Notes: a model not told the origin generated them from the letters alone. DNA of 63,554 nt, filler included, from Globobulimina sp. (GCA_003354225.1; 31 parts of 31 records of this genome joined end to end with filler, not necessarily neighbours in it); one strand, 5' to 3'; shown: positions 47,959 to 61,502, numbered from the whole stretch's first letter. A program made the numbers and translations.

Positions 47959-49190
47959 TTATTTTGTAAGTTGACTCGAAAGCACCTTCCCCGTGAAAGC
48001 AATCAATATCGCAACTAAATATCCTTGAAATACAGTGACAGAATTGCCATTAAGAGTTGTTCCCATTACAGACGGATAAATTGGATGTTGTTCACAAAAT
48101 TCAATCATATTTTCCAAAGCATTCATCATAATCCAATTATCTTTCAATTCCTTTTCTTTATTTGATAAATCCCCTGTTTTAGTAAACAATTCTGTCACAA
48201 TATCATCTGATATAAAATTATTTGAATTTTGTTTAAATTTTAATTGCAATAATTCCTTTTTCAACATCTTAATATGTTCTTGTTGCTGTTTGTAAGGCCT
48301 TATCAATGCACCAAATACTATCCAACTCATTATCATTGCAACCGGTGTCGCCAAAGCAAATAATGTCGAATATCGCCGTTGAGGCAATTCACGAATAAAT
48401 TGAATTGATGTGCTGAGTTTCCATGCATCATTGTATGGCTCTGAGGTCGTCCATGATAAATCAAAAAAGATTGAAATAAAAAGCCATAGAGCTGCATAAT
48501 CAGTGTATATTAATTTATTTGATTTATAAATAGGAACAAAAAATAAATAGTAATTAACTTAGAAGAATTGTACAAATAAACAATGGTACCACTCCGAATT
48601 GAAGCTGTTGATAAATGACTGGCAATTCCCATTTCAATACAAATTGTTGCATATTCCACCATTGTTCAATATCTTTAAGAGATTTCACATCGATTGGATT
48701 TGCAATTACTTTCATAATTTCATCCATTTGATTTAATCGATAAATAATTCGATATAATGTTGTAAATAATAATCCCAATCCAAACAACGCTAAAATTGAA
48801 TTGAATGCAACCAGCGGTATCCACCATTTCCACGATTTTTTGTCGCCATCATATTCCACATTTTCATAAAATTCGTTCAACAAAGCAATTATAAGTGGAG
48901 CAAATGCAATTAAGACAGATGTCAAAAACATTAAGAATGCATATATTGTGGTTAAATTACATGTGCATATGGTTTGCAATTGCATATGCATTGTTTTCCT
49001 ATTCCGCATTTGACAATTGCAATGTTTACCGCCTGCAATTCAATAAACAATATGTTAGTATGGCATTATCCATATATATACTATATATTATATGGAAAGT
49101 TTTTTTATTCAGTTCAATTTAGCTTCTGTCCAGTTGATTTTCTAAACTTTCTTTTTACAAATAAACATCCGCCATGGTTGAAACTCTGTG
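47959..49190 (-). CDS. Multi-pass membrane protein, intron-containing, 5'-truncated (PHTF/7TMIC-like C-terminus possible)
   Basis: Several TM helices, a long cytosolic coiled segment, then IEFCEQHPIYPSVMGTTLN and a final TM. Confidence 0.5.
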
Positions 49191-49602
49191 NNNNNNNNNN
49201 NNNNNNNNNNNNNNNNNNNNNNNNNNNNNNNNNNTTAATTAATTAANNNNNNNNNNNNNNNNNNNNNNNNNNNNNNNNNNNNNNNNNNNNATGATGGAAT
49301 GGAAAAGGCATTTTCAAGTAGATTGATTTGGGTGATAATAAGCCAGATAATAATTAAGATGATGAAGCTTAGTGTAACGCGTTTGAAACCTATTCTGTTC
49401 ATTGAATAGTTCGTGTTTCAATGTATATCAGAAATTGAATGTATATGTATGTATAGTACTTCATTTTGAAGGCGCCATGTTAGTAGAAAATGAAAAGACA
49501 GAATTTTTGGTAGCAAAAAACTTTCATTTTCTACAAGTTCCGACTTTTTACGCCCAAAATCCTTACAATTAATATGATTTACTAGTTTCCTATTACATGT
49601 CT

Positions 49603-50580
49603 TCAAATTCTTGCTTGTTTTTCGTTAACAGAGATATATTCGTCCAAACAATATTCCTCACATTTAATTCCTCCAAAAAATGTTCCTGTTTTCAGATGAA
49701 TATTACCTAAAATTAGTTGAATTGGTAACGCAATGCCTTGCGATATTGATTTCTTTTTATCTGATTTATAATTTTTAACCATATCTGTCCCAACAAGTCC
49801 CGGAGTGCAACAATTAATTAAAACATTCTTATTATTAAACATATCCATTGTTGGTGCAATAAAACATGTAAATGTATTAATACATGCTTTACTAAATCCA
49901 TATGAATGCAATCGAAATCCTGAATCATTATCATTTGTACGATATGCATCCAAAAATGCATTGATTAGTGCTGTTAATTGATCCAAATCAATATTTTTAT
50001 TTAATAATATTTGTTTTTTAGTTTCACTCATTTTTGATACATTGAGTGGTGCGCCGCCACTCGATATATTTACAATTCGTGAATCATTTTTATTCAATAA
50101 AGGCCCAAAATATTTTGTAACATTCACTGTTCCCCAAAAATTTGTTTGTATGGTATTTGTAGCAATATCTAATGTTTTATCCTTTGTACTCATTTCAGGA
50201 AATATGCCCGCATTATTTACAATGCAATACAACTTTAAATTGGATCCAAATTTACTTTGTAATTCTTTTGCTGCATTTTCAATTTGTCTTTCCTTACTTA
50301 CATCCATTATTAATGTTGTTACTCTGTTTGTAAATGATGGTGACGTATTTATCAATTTTTGATAGGATTCATTAATTTTAGATTCATTACGCCCACTTAA
50401 TATTACGTAATAATTGGATGTATTCTGCAATAAATATTTTGCAATGCCAAATCCAATACCTTTATTTGAACCTGTTATTAAAATGCGTTTAATATTTTTA
50501 TCAAAATTTGAATATAATGTATAGCCAATTACTGCTGAAAGGGCAGCAAATGCAATTTCAGTGTATAATTTTGAAGCCAT
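49603..50580 (-). CDS. Short-chain dehydrogenase/reductase, carbonyl reductase-like, N-terminal membrane anchor
   Basis: ILITGSNKGIG, VNNAGI, IVNISS, YGFSK and CTPGLVGTDM. Confidence 0.9.
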   Translation of the reverse strand: MASKLYTEIAFAALSAVIGYTLYSNFDKNIKRILITGSNKGIGFGIAKYLLQNTSNYYVILSGRNESKINESYQKLINTSPSFTNRVTTLIMDVSKERQIENAAKELQSKFGSNLKLYCIVNNAGIFPEMSTKDKTLDIATNTIQTNFWGTVNVTKYFGPLLNKNDSRIVNISSGGAPLNVSKMSETKKQILLNKNIDLDQLTALINAFLDAYRTNDNDSGFRLHSYGFSKACINTFTCFIAPTMDMFNNKNVLINCCTPGLVGTDMVKNYKSDKKKSISQGIALPIQLILGNIHLKTGTFFGGIKCEEYCLDEYISVNEKQARI

Positions 50581-50621
50581 TGTTAGCAAACAACCAGTCA
50601 GCAACAACTCAATTCAAAACA

Positions 50622-51236
50622 ATGCCATCCCTTCCTTCCAAAACATTTATAAAATATTATCCATGGAATGTTGAAAACAATATTTCAAACTATCAATCGC
50701 AAAATCCCATGAAACAATGTTACAAAATTACACTACAAACGGCATTATGTGTAATATTAACATTTTCTACAATTTGTCCATTTTTGGATTGGTTTGTGGC
50801 GCATCATCATAATCTCTATGAACATAAATATAAAATGTATTTTGTGTACAATATATATTTTGGATTATTGCCAATTCCATTCTCAGCTTTATTATTTATC
50901 ATTGTATGTCGAAATATAATACGCAAAAATATAATAATTTTGATTGTAACGGTTATTTCATGTATTTTAGTATCAATAACGTGTACATTGTCATATTTGA
51001 ATCATGAAAATATATATATTGGACAAATGATATCAAAGGATTCGAAATGCTGCAATGTTATCAATTGTAATTATTTTAACCCATATTGGTTATCCATTAC
51101 ATTATATCCTATAACAATATTAATTATACCATGGATTATATGCACCTGCATGACCGTAATACGTATACAAACCAAATCAAACAACAATGACAGGATTAAT
51201 AATCAATTAATTAATGCACGCATGGATAAGAATTAA
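50622..51236 (+). CDS. Hypothetical 4-TM protein
   Basis: Four hydrophobic segments and a Cys-rich loop (KCCNVINC). Confidence 0.55.
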   Translation: MPSLPSKTFIKYYPWNVENNISNYQSQNPMKQCYKITLQTALCVILTFSTICPFLDWFVAHHHNLYEHKYKMYFVYNIYFGLLPIPFSALLFIIVCRNIIRKNIIILIVTVISCILVSITCTLSYLNHENIYIGQMISKDSKCCNVINCNYFNPYWLSITLYPITILIIPWIICTCMTVIRIQTKSNNNDRINNQLINARMDKN

Positions 51237-51543
51237 CAATTTNNNNNNNNNNNNNNNNNNNNNNNNNNNNNNNNNNNNNNNNNNNNTTAATTAATTAANN
51301 NNNNNNNNNNNNNNNNNNNNNNNNNNNNNNNNNNNNNNNNNNTGAAATTGTATATAAAATGTGTTTATTTGCTTACGTGTACACGTATCAAACTACGTTA
51401 ACCCCGATCATTACAATAAAGACTAGATAAACGTGCCATAATTAAACGCTTATTAAAACTCAATTTTTCAATTGATCGAATAATCCGTGCAATAAAAGTA
51501 TATGAGGTATCACTATCACACACATCATTATCATATGACATAA

Positions 51544-53073
51544 TTGCAAATAACTCCAATATTTTGCATACAGCATAATTATGGTAAGCATTATGATTTT
51601 AATGCATTGATAGAAATCATTGTTCGTTTACAACGCAAAGACGCCGCAAAACACGACATAAATGGCATCGATTCGAAGGAAGAAGAAAAACGAAACACAA
51701 CCAAATATATTATCGATGATATGAAAGATAACACATACTATTCCCAACACAACTCATTATCTCTAAGTGTCAGCAGCAGCGCACATAATATACCAATCAC
51801 TATGGACACAAACAAGAAACATAAAACAATACAATTACTACGCAGACACACCACCGAAAATGTAGTGTTGAACGAAAACTATCAATACAAAACACATAAA
51901 ACACGTAAAACGCATAAAACAAAACAAAAAACACACACAAAGCACCGCAAATCCATATCAATTGAATATGAACGTTACGCAAAAAGCAAATGTAATAACA
52001 ATTGCGATGCGTTTGTATCATATATGAGCTTATCCGCAGTGAGTGCACTATCATTATATGACAACATTGACCATCGTGATTTTGTAGGCAAATTTTGCAT
52101 CGCCACTATAGTTGAAATTGACTGCAACAATAAGTATAATATTCGCATTCATTACGATGGATATTCGGACAATAAATATGATATTTGGTGTAATTATAAA
52201 AACGAGTTACATCGCTTTGCAAAATATCGATCCATTTCACGTCGCGTTCAGAGCAAAAATAGCAGTCTGGACCGGGACGGCCACACTGACGGTGCCCGAG
52301 TGTATAAATGCGATATTTCCATCGGAGATTTTGTATTTTTGAATCCGATTTATACGCGATTTGGTAATAAATGGTATCGTGGGATTATTAATAGATTCGA
52401 TAAGAAATCTGATCAAATTCAGATTGCTTTTAAGCCAAAGAAAACGAGCAATGACCATGTATTATATTGGAGTCACATTGATAATATGTGTGAGATTAAA
52501 GCCTATCATAAAAATGCGCCGATAATGGAAGCTTATGAGTTACAGCAATTACCGGAACAAATAACCACTGCCAAGGTTGCCGTGAAAAAGAAGAAAGGAA
52601 CAGAGACGTTAACAGCTAAAATGAACGAGAGTTGTTTTAGTGAATGGACGAGTCAACAAGTGATTGAATGGATAAATAGCATTGAAAATGGCAAGTTTAA
52701 TGACGAGATATTCGATCATTTTAAACAACAAATTGAAATTATTCAATTGAAAGGTTATGAGTTAACTACTTTGAATGAAACGGCGCTGAAATTTGCAGGC
52801 TTATTGAATAAATTTGATAGGAAAGTAATTATAAATAATATCTTGAATTTAGTGAATAAGAATAATATGCAATCGACGCAGACAGCGCTCACAAATTATG
52901 ATGACATAGTTGAATATAGTTTGGATGGCAAGGAGACGATTGATATTGATTTGAATTTGAAATTAAAGAAATGTAAAAATGAATTGCAATGTGGTGGGAT
53001 AAGTGATGATGAGCAATGTAAAGATGATATTGTATTGAATGAGGTGATGGGTTTATGGAAATCAAATGTATAG
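51544..53073 (+). CDS. Protein with Tudor/MBT-like modules and a SAM domain; 5' end uncertain
   Basis: DNIDHRDFVGKFCIATIVE..IRIHYDGY..KYDIW is Royal-family-like. SEWTSQQVIEWI..LKGYELTTL..DRKVIINNI is SAM-like. Confidence 0.7.
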   Translation: MQITPIFCIQHNYGKHYDFNALIEIIVRLQRKDAAKHDINGIDSKEEEKRNTTKYIIDDMKDNTYYSQHNSLSLSVSSSAHNIPITMDTNKKHKTIQLLRRHTTENVVLNENYQYKTHKTRKTHKTKQKTHTKHRKSISIEYERYAKSKCNNNCDAFVSYMSLSAVSALSLYDNIDHRDFVGKFCIATIVEIDCNNKYNIRIHYDGYSDNKYDIWCNYKNELHRFAKYRSISRRVQSKNSSLDRDGHTDGARVYKCDISIGDFVFLNPIYTRFGNKWYRGIINRFDKKSDQIQIAFKPKKTSNDHVLYWSHIDNMCEIKAYHKNAPIMEAYELQQLPEQITTAKVAVKKKKGTETLTAKMNESCFSEWTSQQVIEWINSIENGKFNDEIFDHFKQQIEIIQLKGYELTTLNETALKFAGLLNKFDRKVIINNILNLVNKNNMQSTQTALTNYDDIVEYSLDGKETIDIDLNLKLKKCKNELQCGGISDDEQCKDDIVLNEVMGLWKSNV

Positions 53074-53394
53074 ATACAAGTATTATATATTTCTTCTTCT
53101 CTATCATGGCTCTCTATATATTTTTAGTTTTGTGTTTTTTAATAATTGGGGGTTTTTTTACAGTTTATATGAACATATTGAAATATTTTTTTGTTGTATT
53201 GTAATATTCGAAACAGTTGTATGAATTCAGTAAATAGAATGAATGTTATATTGTCATTAATTCAATTCGATATTTGCTTGTTATTACATTAAAANNNNNN
53301 NNNNNNNNNNNNNNNNNNNNNNNNNNNNNNNNNNNNNNTTAATTAATTAANNNNNNNNNNNNNNNNNNNNNNNNNNNNNNNNNNNNNNNNNNNN

Positions 53395-53724
53395 ATTGGA
53401 CTTTGCGGCATCCGACGCCTATCGGGGTATGTATAACTTATAACTCGCGAGGTCGCTCCATTCATTCATGCTCCGGTCCTGCGAGGGCCTGCGTGCCCCT
53501 CCAGTCCTTGACAAGCTCTCCATCTTGTATAATAATGATGATGCGTTTTTTCTTCGTCGTCTTCCTTGAATATCATTACCTGAGAAGGCAAAATCATCAT
53601 CTTTTTTGTCGATGTTAACAGCATTTTTTATTGATTTCCCAACTGATTTTGCAATTGAGCTTAATGATGAAGTCGGAGTGGAAGACTTTAATCGATGTCG
53701 ACTATTTTGTGCTAATGGTCTCAT
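53395..53724 (-). CDS. N-terminal fragment of a Ser/Arg-rich hypothetical protein
   Basis: ATG-initiated 101-aa ORF near the contig edge. Confidence 0.35.
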
Positions 53725-54021
53725 TGATACTTAATTAATTTAGTACTAAATTGGTGGATATTTATAGATAGATGGATAGATTTATAGATAGATTCGATTC
53801 TAATTTTAGAGTATAAAAAAGTTTATAATCGATATATTTGTCGAAATTGCGATTGTCATAATTTGAAACAGCAGCTGCATTTCCGATTCTTCTACGATTA
53901 TTTGCAGATTACATACTGTTTCCTGTAGACAGGGAGGGTTTTGATGACAACATCACTAGAATTATTGTATTTGGTTGGTGTTTTCTGTTATTATCGGTTT
54001 TTTGTTCAAGCTAGAAAAAAA

Positions 54022-55346
54022 TTAATTAAAATCTTCATCTGAATTCAAGAAATTATCATCAATAAATTGCTCCGATGCCAAAGACTGAAAAGAGCCAAAA
54101 TCAAAATGTGCAAAATCACCAGCCGATTTTCTTGAGAATAACAATTGTTGAGAGCTTAATTTATCTGATTTTATATCATCATTATTATCATCGATTCCAC
54201 CATCGATATCATCAACACTTCCTCTGCGTTTTCGTCCTTTTTCATTGTTACTATTTTGGAATTCATTATTTTCTCTATAAGTATTATTGAGTGACGGAAT
54301 ATGCATTTTATTATTTATGTTGACTGCATTTTCATTTTGTATTAATGCAGTTTGGGCATATAAAAAATTAACAATTTGTTTCTGTTGTGATAATAACGAT
54401 GAACCATATTTTGAATGTGACATTGAATCATTTATTTTCCAATACCATTTTAAAAATGCAATCAAATCCACAATGAATGAAACAAATAATAAAACAACAA
54501 AATTAATATATCCGTATTCATTGTGTAAAACAAAAAAAAATAAAATTAATTCAATCTGCGATATGATAATTGGAAATATTAAAAAGCATAAAGGGAAATA
54601 TGTTCGTCTCTCTGGCATCACCCTTCCATATTGAACCATTTTTTTGTACATAAAAAAATTCATCACAAATACGAGTGCACTTATTAAGGAGTTAAGGTAG
54701 TACAGGAATGGGAATTAAAACATTGATCCGTTATTATTCTTACTACAAAATCCGTTATTTTAATTCCTGTGCATGTACTACTTTATACTTTATACCTCAA
54801 TGGGATTAATATTGGAATGACAAATCCAAATATAATTATAATTTCTAAATATGATATAATTGCCGCATAGGCTGAATCTGGCCGAAAATGGCGAGATGCA
54901 AAAAACCAAAAACCACGTTTACAATTAAATCGTTCGAATACCAACCAATATCTGCAAATAACTAAGAAGGACATAAACAGATTCCATACAAAATGGAGTA
55001 ATAATGTCGTGCCCCAATACTCGAAAAAATCTCTCATACAATATTGCCAATTACATGTCGAATTATCTTCAAATCCAACATTACAAATATCGGAATCATG
55101 CAATATTTCAATGTGTCTGTTGATTGAATACGGGATTAAATTATTAATAGATGTGTAATATATGGTATTTACATCAACATTAAACAATGGATTATCTGTA
55201 GTTAATGACGGTGTTTTATAGCAACTCTCCCAGAACAATATCCAATATGCACCACATTCGTTTAATAATAATACACAGCAACAAATTGGAAAAACAATGT
55301 TTGTGATTGAACGTAAAATAATAATTAAAATCGCTCGCATTTTATA
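54022..55346 (-). CDS. Multi-pass membrane protein C-terminal part with cytosolic tail, one intron near 54690-54790
   Basis: Two consecutive TM-rich ORFs on the same strand. Confidence 0.55.
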
Positions 55347-55576
55347 NNNNNNNNNNNNNNNNNNNNNNNNNNNNNNNNNNNNNNNNNNNNTTAATTAATT
55401 AANNNNNNNNNNNNNNNNNNNNNNNNNNNNNNNNNNNNNNNNNNNNATTATATTCCTTGTGTCATGGTGGGGATGTCTATACTTTCAAGATGAAATGAGC
55501 TACTTTTTGCGTTAACAAACCGCTTCAAAAATGCATAAAACACATCCTTGCACACGATGAGTTTTTTTTGCTAACG

Positions 55577-57398
55577 ATGCGAACTCATAATGGCAACCAA
55601 AATCAATCCGGTGCTAACACCCAAAACGACGAAACAATACAACAATTAGATGCTCTCCGTTCCGATTTGTGTCGTCCCGATGCAGTGATAGACCCATCGA
55701 TCATCAGTACCTTACGTAAATTCACCGGTTTATCCGCGCAAATGTATGGCTCCAATTCAACTGGCAAACAATCGGAAATCTTAAAGAAATACTTAATGGA
55801 AGGACAGTCCTTATTGCTCGAAAACTATTGCGGTTACACAAAACTGTGTAATTTATTACTTGATTGGATGAAAAATATCCAAGATCCCAAAACCATCAAT
55901 CAAACTTTTATCCGCATATTAAAAAAATCCGCCATTGAATTATATGAAGAATTCAATGACAATGACAATGAAAATGAGCACGAAAATGATTCGCAACAAA
56001 GAATAATCTCAACCATTGATGAAATAACCAAATCCTACGGCGATACGCGAGTATCCTATCATGGTTTTAGTTTATTTGAATTTGAGGATAAATTTAAAAA
56101 CCATTTGCATAAAATCCTGTTATTACGGAACGTCAATGGGAATAAAGCTGACTATCAACGTAAATGCCAACGTTTTGTCAGTTATTGCTGTAAGAATGAA
56201 TTATATTATTTATATTCGCGGAGATTGTTATCTGTGTTACGCGAATTAAATGTTTTTAACAAATTAGATTATGCACTATCAAATATTGAAAGTAAATTGG
56301 ATGAAAATATGCATTTAATGGTAAATAACAACAATAAAATGAAAGAATTATCCATTTTCGGCGCTGGCATTGAGTTTGAGAGTGAATTACGTGTTCCATA
56401 TTGCGAGTTATTACGAAAAGGTTGCTTCACCAAAGCCGATATAAACAAAGTTTATAATTATTATTATCAGCATTATATTCATAATAAAGCCATAAATTTG
56501 CGTTTCTTGCAAAACAAACAAGTGATAAATTATTTATATCACACTTTATTTATTCCATCGGACAAAAACCGCGCAAATATAAATAAAACGTATATTTCTC
56601 AGTATATTTTTTTATTAAATTATGCATTATTTGAAGCTGAAATATCTAAAAAAGAAAATCAAAACGATAATACACAATTATTTGATAAACAAATGCAAAT
56701 TTTGAATAATTTGAGCGAGATTTGCCGGGATTGTAATTATGGTTTGACACTGTCTGAAGATGGCGAGAAACAAAATATTTTATTTAATGGTATCAGAGAC
56801 AGTGGCATTGCATTTGGAATATTAATCTGGATCAATCATTGCATGTTTATTAAGTCAGACACTTATTTTGAAGAGAATTTTGAGCCGTATTTAACGCCGT
56901 TATTAGTGGCTTTAATTGCAGATATTGCCACTTTGCACATTTTCTTAAGACATAAAGTGGCCGTATTTGCATATAATATGATTTATAATATTGGCGGGCA
57001 AACAACTTCGACATTAGCCACTAAGTCGGCTGCTTCCTTTGATGCCAAAACGACTTCTTTTTCATCCATAAAAAATATGCAAGTCATAAAAACTATGTTG
57101 GATATTATGATTTATATCATTCAGTTGGGAGAATATTTGTTGGTCTTTGACATTATCAATAAACGGCCAAATGATTTAATTAAATTGGATCGCTCCTTGC
57201 ATCGACATTTCATTACCAAAATTATCCAAACGTGTTTGCCGCCATTGCCGAAACAGTTTATTCTTTGCATGTTTAAGTTGGTAAAAGATAAGCATATTAT
57301 TGCTGCGATAAGGAATGATTTAAAGACGACACAAATTGTGAACAAATTTGTGGAGAATCATAAAGATATTGCACCTGATGATGCAAATATTATTTTAA
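55577..57398 (+). CDS. NELFCD: Negative elongation factor C/D (TH1-like), 3'-truncated
   Basis: DAVIDPSIISTLRKF, LLLENYCGYTKLCNLLLDW, IAFGILIWI and DRSLHRHFITKIIQTCLPP parallel the conserved TH1 blocks in order. Confidence 0.75.
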
Positions 57399-57550
57399 NN
57401 NNNNNNNNNNNNNNNNNNNNNNNNNNNNNNNNNNNNNNNNNNTTAATTAATTAANNNNNNNNNNNNNNNNNNNNNNNNNNNNNNNNNNNNNNNNNNNNAA
57501 CGTGTTAGTGCTTGGTCACTGTTTTGTAAATTTGAGACTAGAATTAATTA

Positions 57551-58791
57551 ATGGCCTCAGTAGAATTTATAGCACAAACACCGATTGAATGGATACCCAA
57601 GTCATTATGTGGATTATTCACATTTATTATAAACATTGTAATATTGAAACATGAACGAGAAAACAGAAAACATAAAGCAACATTATTTGTAACCAAAATG
57701 TCAAAGATCACCTCATTATTATGCATCGTATCCGGTTTATTATTTGGATTTTTTCTTTTTGTTGCAACGTTTAACGTATTTTGTTATTTTTCAACTCCAA
57801 TGATAGTCTGGCTCTCATATTGTCAAGCAATATTTATGGGATTCTATCAATTACAGAGACTATATTATTGCTTCTCTGCCACAAAAGTTCATTCTGATAA
57901 AGGTACTTTATCTCGATTTATATGTCCAAAACAACGATTCGATTAATATTCGATCGCATATTCTATTTATAATAAAAAGGATATCGGAATTGGGTATTTG
58001 TTGCGATGTACGCAATTGGCGTCATTCTGTTTATTAATGCATTTATTTGTATCTGGTTTTTTAATTACTATCCCATTGCATGCGGCATCGATAAACGTTT
58101 TGCAGGGATATCAAAAGAATATGAATCCTATGATACTGGTACAGACACAGACACTGACACTGATCCTCAAAACGATATTGATGTGCCACCAGAGGAGATT
58201 TGGAATTTTGGAATTTTGTTTGTTTGGATTTGTTGGGATTTAATTGCTTTGATATTGTACATCATCAAAGTGGCGTCATTTAAGAAATTTAAATCGGAGC
58301 AGATTGAGGTTTATCATCGAATCATGTCCATATTAAATCGGGTGACCATATTAACGGCTTGTTATAACATCATGTTGTTAGTAATACTATTTTTTGCACT
58401 CATAATATCAATGTTGGAGTTGTTTCATATCGTTGCCAGTGTTTTAGGTGTAATGATGATTGCATTGTCCGTAACGACAGTATCTTATTCCATGTATTTA
58501 ATGCAAGAACATAATACATCACAATACAAGAAAGTGTTAAACTTTCTATATCGTATCAAATGTCATTATTATTGTTGCTGTTGTTGTAAATCGTCAATTG
58601 AATGGGAAATCAGATTACATTCAGATGAAACGAATCTGGTTGATATGGTCAACAGCAACAATAATGATAAGGATAAAGCGCAAAACAAAGAGAATAATGA
58701 TGATACAATGGTAACAACAACTGATTTCTCGATAGAATATGCACATTCAAATGTGAAGGAACTAAGTATTGAAACAACAATGCAAAAATAG
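57551..58791 (+). CDS. 7TM GPCR-like protein, intron 57903-57979
   Basis: About 7 hydrophobic helices, QRLY after TM3, Cys cluster and Ser/Thr tail. The intron joins SDK|GYRNW in frame. Confidence 0.7.
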
Positions 58792-59027
58792 TTTTTCTTT
58801 GTGTGTTTTTTGTATAGGATATACATTTTTTTGTGCCTGCTCTAAATTCCGTGCAGTATTAACTATTAATTTTTGAGTGTTAACTTTTAATTTTTAATTT
58901 TTTATGGCTTTTGTGTGTTTGGTTAGTACTTACTTCCAGTTTTTTATTTTTATCTTTGCACTCGCATTCGCAGAACGTTTTTTCCAAGGGTTTCAGGGTC
59001 TTATTGCTCTTATATTTTAATATAGTA

Positions 59028-59450
59028 TTAATTATTTATAATATGAAACACTTCATAATCACGCACAACAAAATGCCAATATTTATTATGAACTTGAGTC
59101 AATGATCCAGTTAATATATTTCCTTTTAAATTGACAAAACTCTCGCCATCACTTCTCGAATCTGTAATATTTGCCGCATTCACAACAAGCAAATCATGTC
59201 CTTTTCCAAAACATGGACCATGCGATGCATAATGCTTCACCGCTTTACTATGACATGATTGCTTAATTGGATATATTTGAAAATCATTTTTATTATTTTT
59301 ATTATTTGCATTCAAATCTCTACATAAAAATAAAAAACAACTGGCATCAGTATGCCATTTATTGTCTGACGACCATCCTATTTTACTATAGCCACCAAAT
59401 ACATTTCCAAGGTTGGACTCAACCAAAACAATTGTTTTTTTCTTCCCATC
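59028..59450 (-). CDS. TLDc domain C-terminal part, 5'-truncated
   Basis: GNVFGGY, CFLF, GPCFGKGHDL and DYEVF. Confidence 0.85.
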   Translation of the reverse strand, partial: DGKKKTIVLVESNLGNVFGGYSKIGWSSDNKWHTDASCFLFLCRDLNANNKNNKNDFQIYPIKQSCHSKAVKHYASHGPCFGKGHDLLVVNAANITDSRSDGESFVNLKGNILTGSLTQVHNKYWHFVVRDYEVFHIINN

Positions 59451-59550
59451 NNNNNNNNNNNNNNNNNNNNNNNNNNNNNNNNNNNNNNNNNNNNTTAATT
59501 AATTAANNNNNNNNNNNNNNNNNNNNNNNNNNNNNNNNNNNNNNNNNNNN

Positions 59551-61502
59551 TGTTGGACTCTGTATTTTTGATCTATCGCTAGCTGATTGTGTTGATGCTG
59601 CGGTAGCTCCTCTTTGAAATCGTGTTGTTGGTGTATCCGTTGCTGGTGCGTTTGCTGTTGGTCTAGATCTCCGTGTTGGAGATGGTGTGGTAGGTGCTTC
59701 TGTAGGTTGTATTGTTGGATGTTCTGTTGGTGCATTGGTAGGGTTTATTGTTGGAAATGGTGTTGGTGACACTGTTGGAAATGGAGTTGGTGATAATGTT
59801 GGTCCATTCGTTGTTGGTTGCAGTGTTGGAGACTGTGTGGCAGCTGCTTCAGTAGGCGGTTGTGTGGGTATAGGTATAGGAGATGGCGTGTTTGCAACGC
59901 CAGCTTGACAGCTACTTTTACACAATTGAGTAACATTATAACTATATATACAGTCTTGTAAACAATTTAAAATTGCAATCTTGTCACATCCAATGCATTT
60001 ACCACCGTTATGATAATACCAGATCTCTGACTGAATTAAGGTCTGTCCGCCATTTACGGTCCATCCTTCGCTCGGATGATTATAATAATGTTGTTCTTTA
60101 CATTCTTGATATCCATACGATGAATAATCTGACCATACCCAATCTGTCCACTCTGTACCAAAATAGTACTCTTCTTGTTGCGGTAATCGGACAAACCTAT
60201 TTTTAGACGTTTCGCAGATAAACGCATAGGGTTCGCAACTAATATGTGGTGTATAGTAAGCATGGAACATTACGGAAAACTCATCACTGCCATAATACTG
60301 AGATGAGCATTGATTAGGTGATGCACCAGAAATATACACCGGCATTTCAGTCATCTCACCGGCATATAATGCGTAACATGTCAATACTGTTTGTGTTGCA
60401 TTCGTATCATGATATTCTAGCATTAAATTAAAATATTTGCCGTCAGATCTATAATCTACGGAGGCGGTATGTATTCGTGCATCAAAATGAGCAGCAATCG
60501 GCAACAAATAATAGATTTCTTTTGTAAATCTGGAATATACGGAATCAACACCATTCATACCTAAGTATTTAATTTGTCGTTCAAAAATCACACAACTTAA
60601 TTGTGCGGAAAAAAGGATTCCGTCTCAGTAATTTTACGGCATTTTTTGAAAATGAATACATACCGCCAACAAATCCTTTGCCGACATAGTCATATTTGCC
60701 TGCGAATACAGGTTCGCAGGGTGGGTCAATTAAACAACTGTTACCGTCGCAAATGCCTTCAGTCTCAAACCAACATCGGTCCTTAGTATCTGAACAAAAT
60801 GTACTTCCGCGAGTACTAAATTGACACTGGTTTATGTTTGAGGAAAGCATTGAACATCTATCAATTGGGGTGACTGAGTTAATTCCTTTCCCCCACATTG
60901 TAACCTCAGCAAGTCCCCATTTGCACGTTGAATGAGCGGATTCGCCACTTTCGGCATACCAGTCTTGATCACAATTATGTTCATCCCATTGCTTAAAGCG
61001 AGCAGCTGCGTTTGCGTCAGAGTACCAATATAATGGTTTCCTTCCTGCAACAGAGGTGCCACAATATGTGCATCCCTCACACCACTCTAATAAACCGCCA
61101 TTGGTATTTCCGCCATATGTATATCTGCCCAGTGATGTGTTGCGAGAGCAATTTGAAAACATTCTGTGCAAATTATGTAGAAGCTGTTGGAATTTCTCTT
61201 CACCATTTGGGAAAGCACTCAGTTCACCGCCTGGTGGAAACATTGGACAAAACCCTTTCCAATAACATGATGTATCTGTATCTATATAGCAATGTTATAT
61301 TATTTATGATGATTGATTTAGTTCTGATTTATGATTGATTAGTTTGCATATATATATATATATATATATAAATGTATCGGAATTGTAAATTGATAACAAA
61401 TCACAAATTGTACTGTTTCAATTAAGAGGATTTCCAGATTAAATTGTATGGTTGAATTTTACCAACAACTGACGAATCATTCCAAGCGGAAATTGGAAGG
61501 GA
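59551..61502 (-). CDS. Cys-rich extracellular protein with mucin-like PT repeats, intron 60561-60663 plus an upstream intron, partial at both ends
   Basis: The intron joins FVG|GMNGVD. PTxxPT repeats, and a C-type-lectin-like ending CEPYAFICE. Confidence 0.6.
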
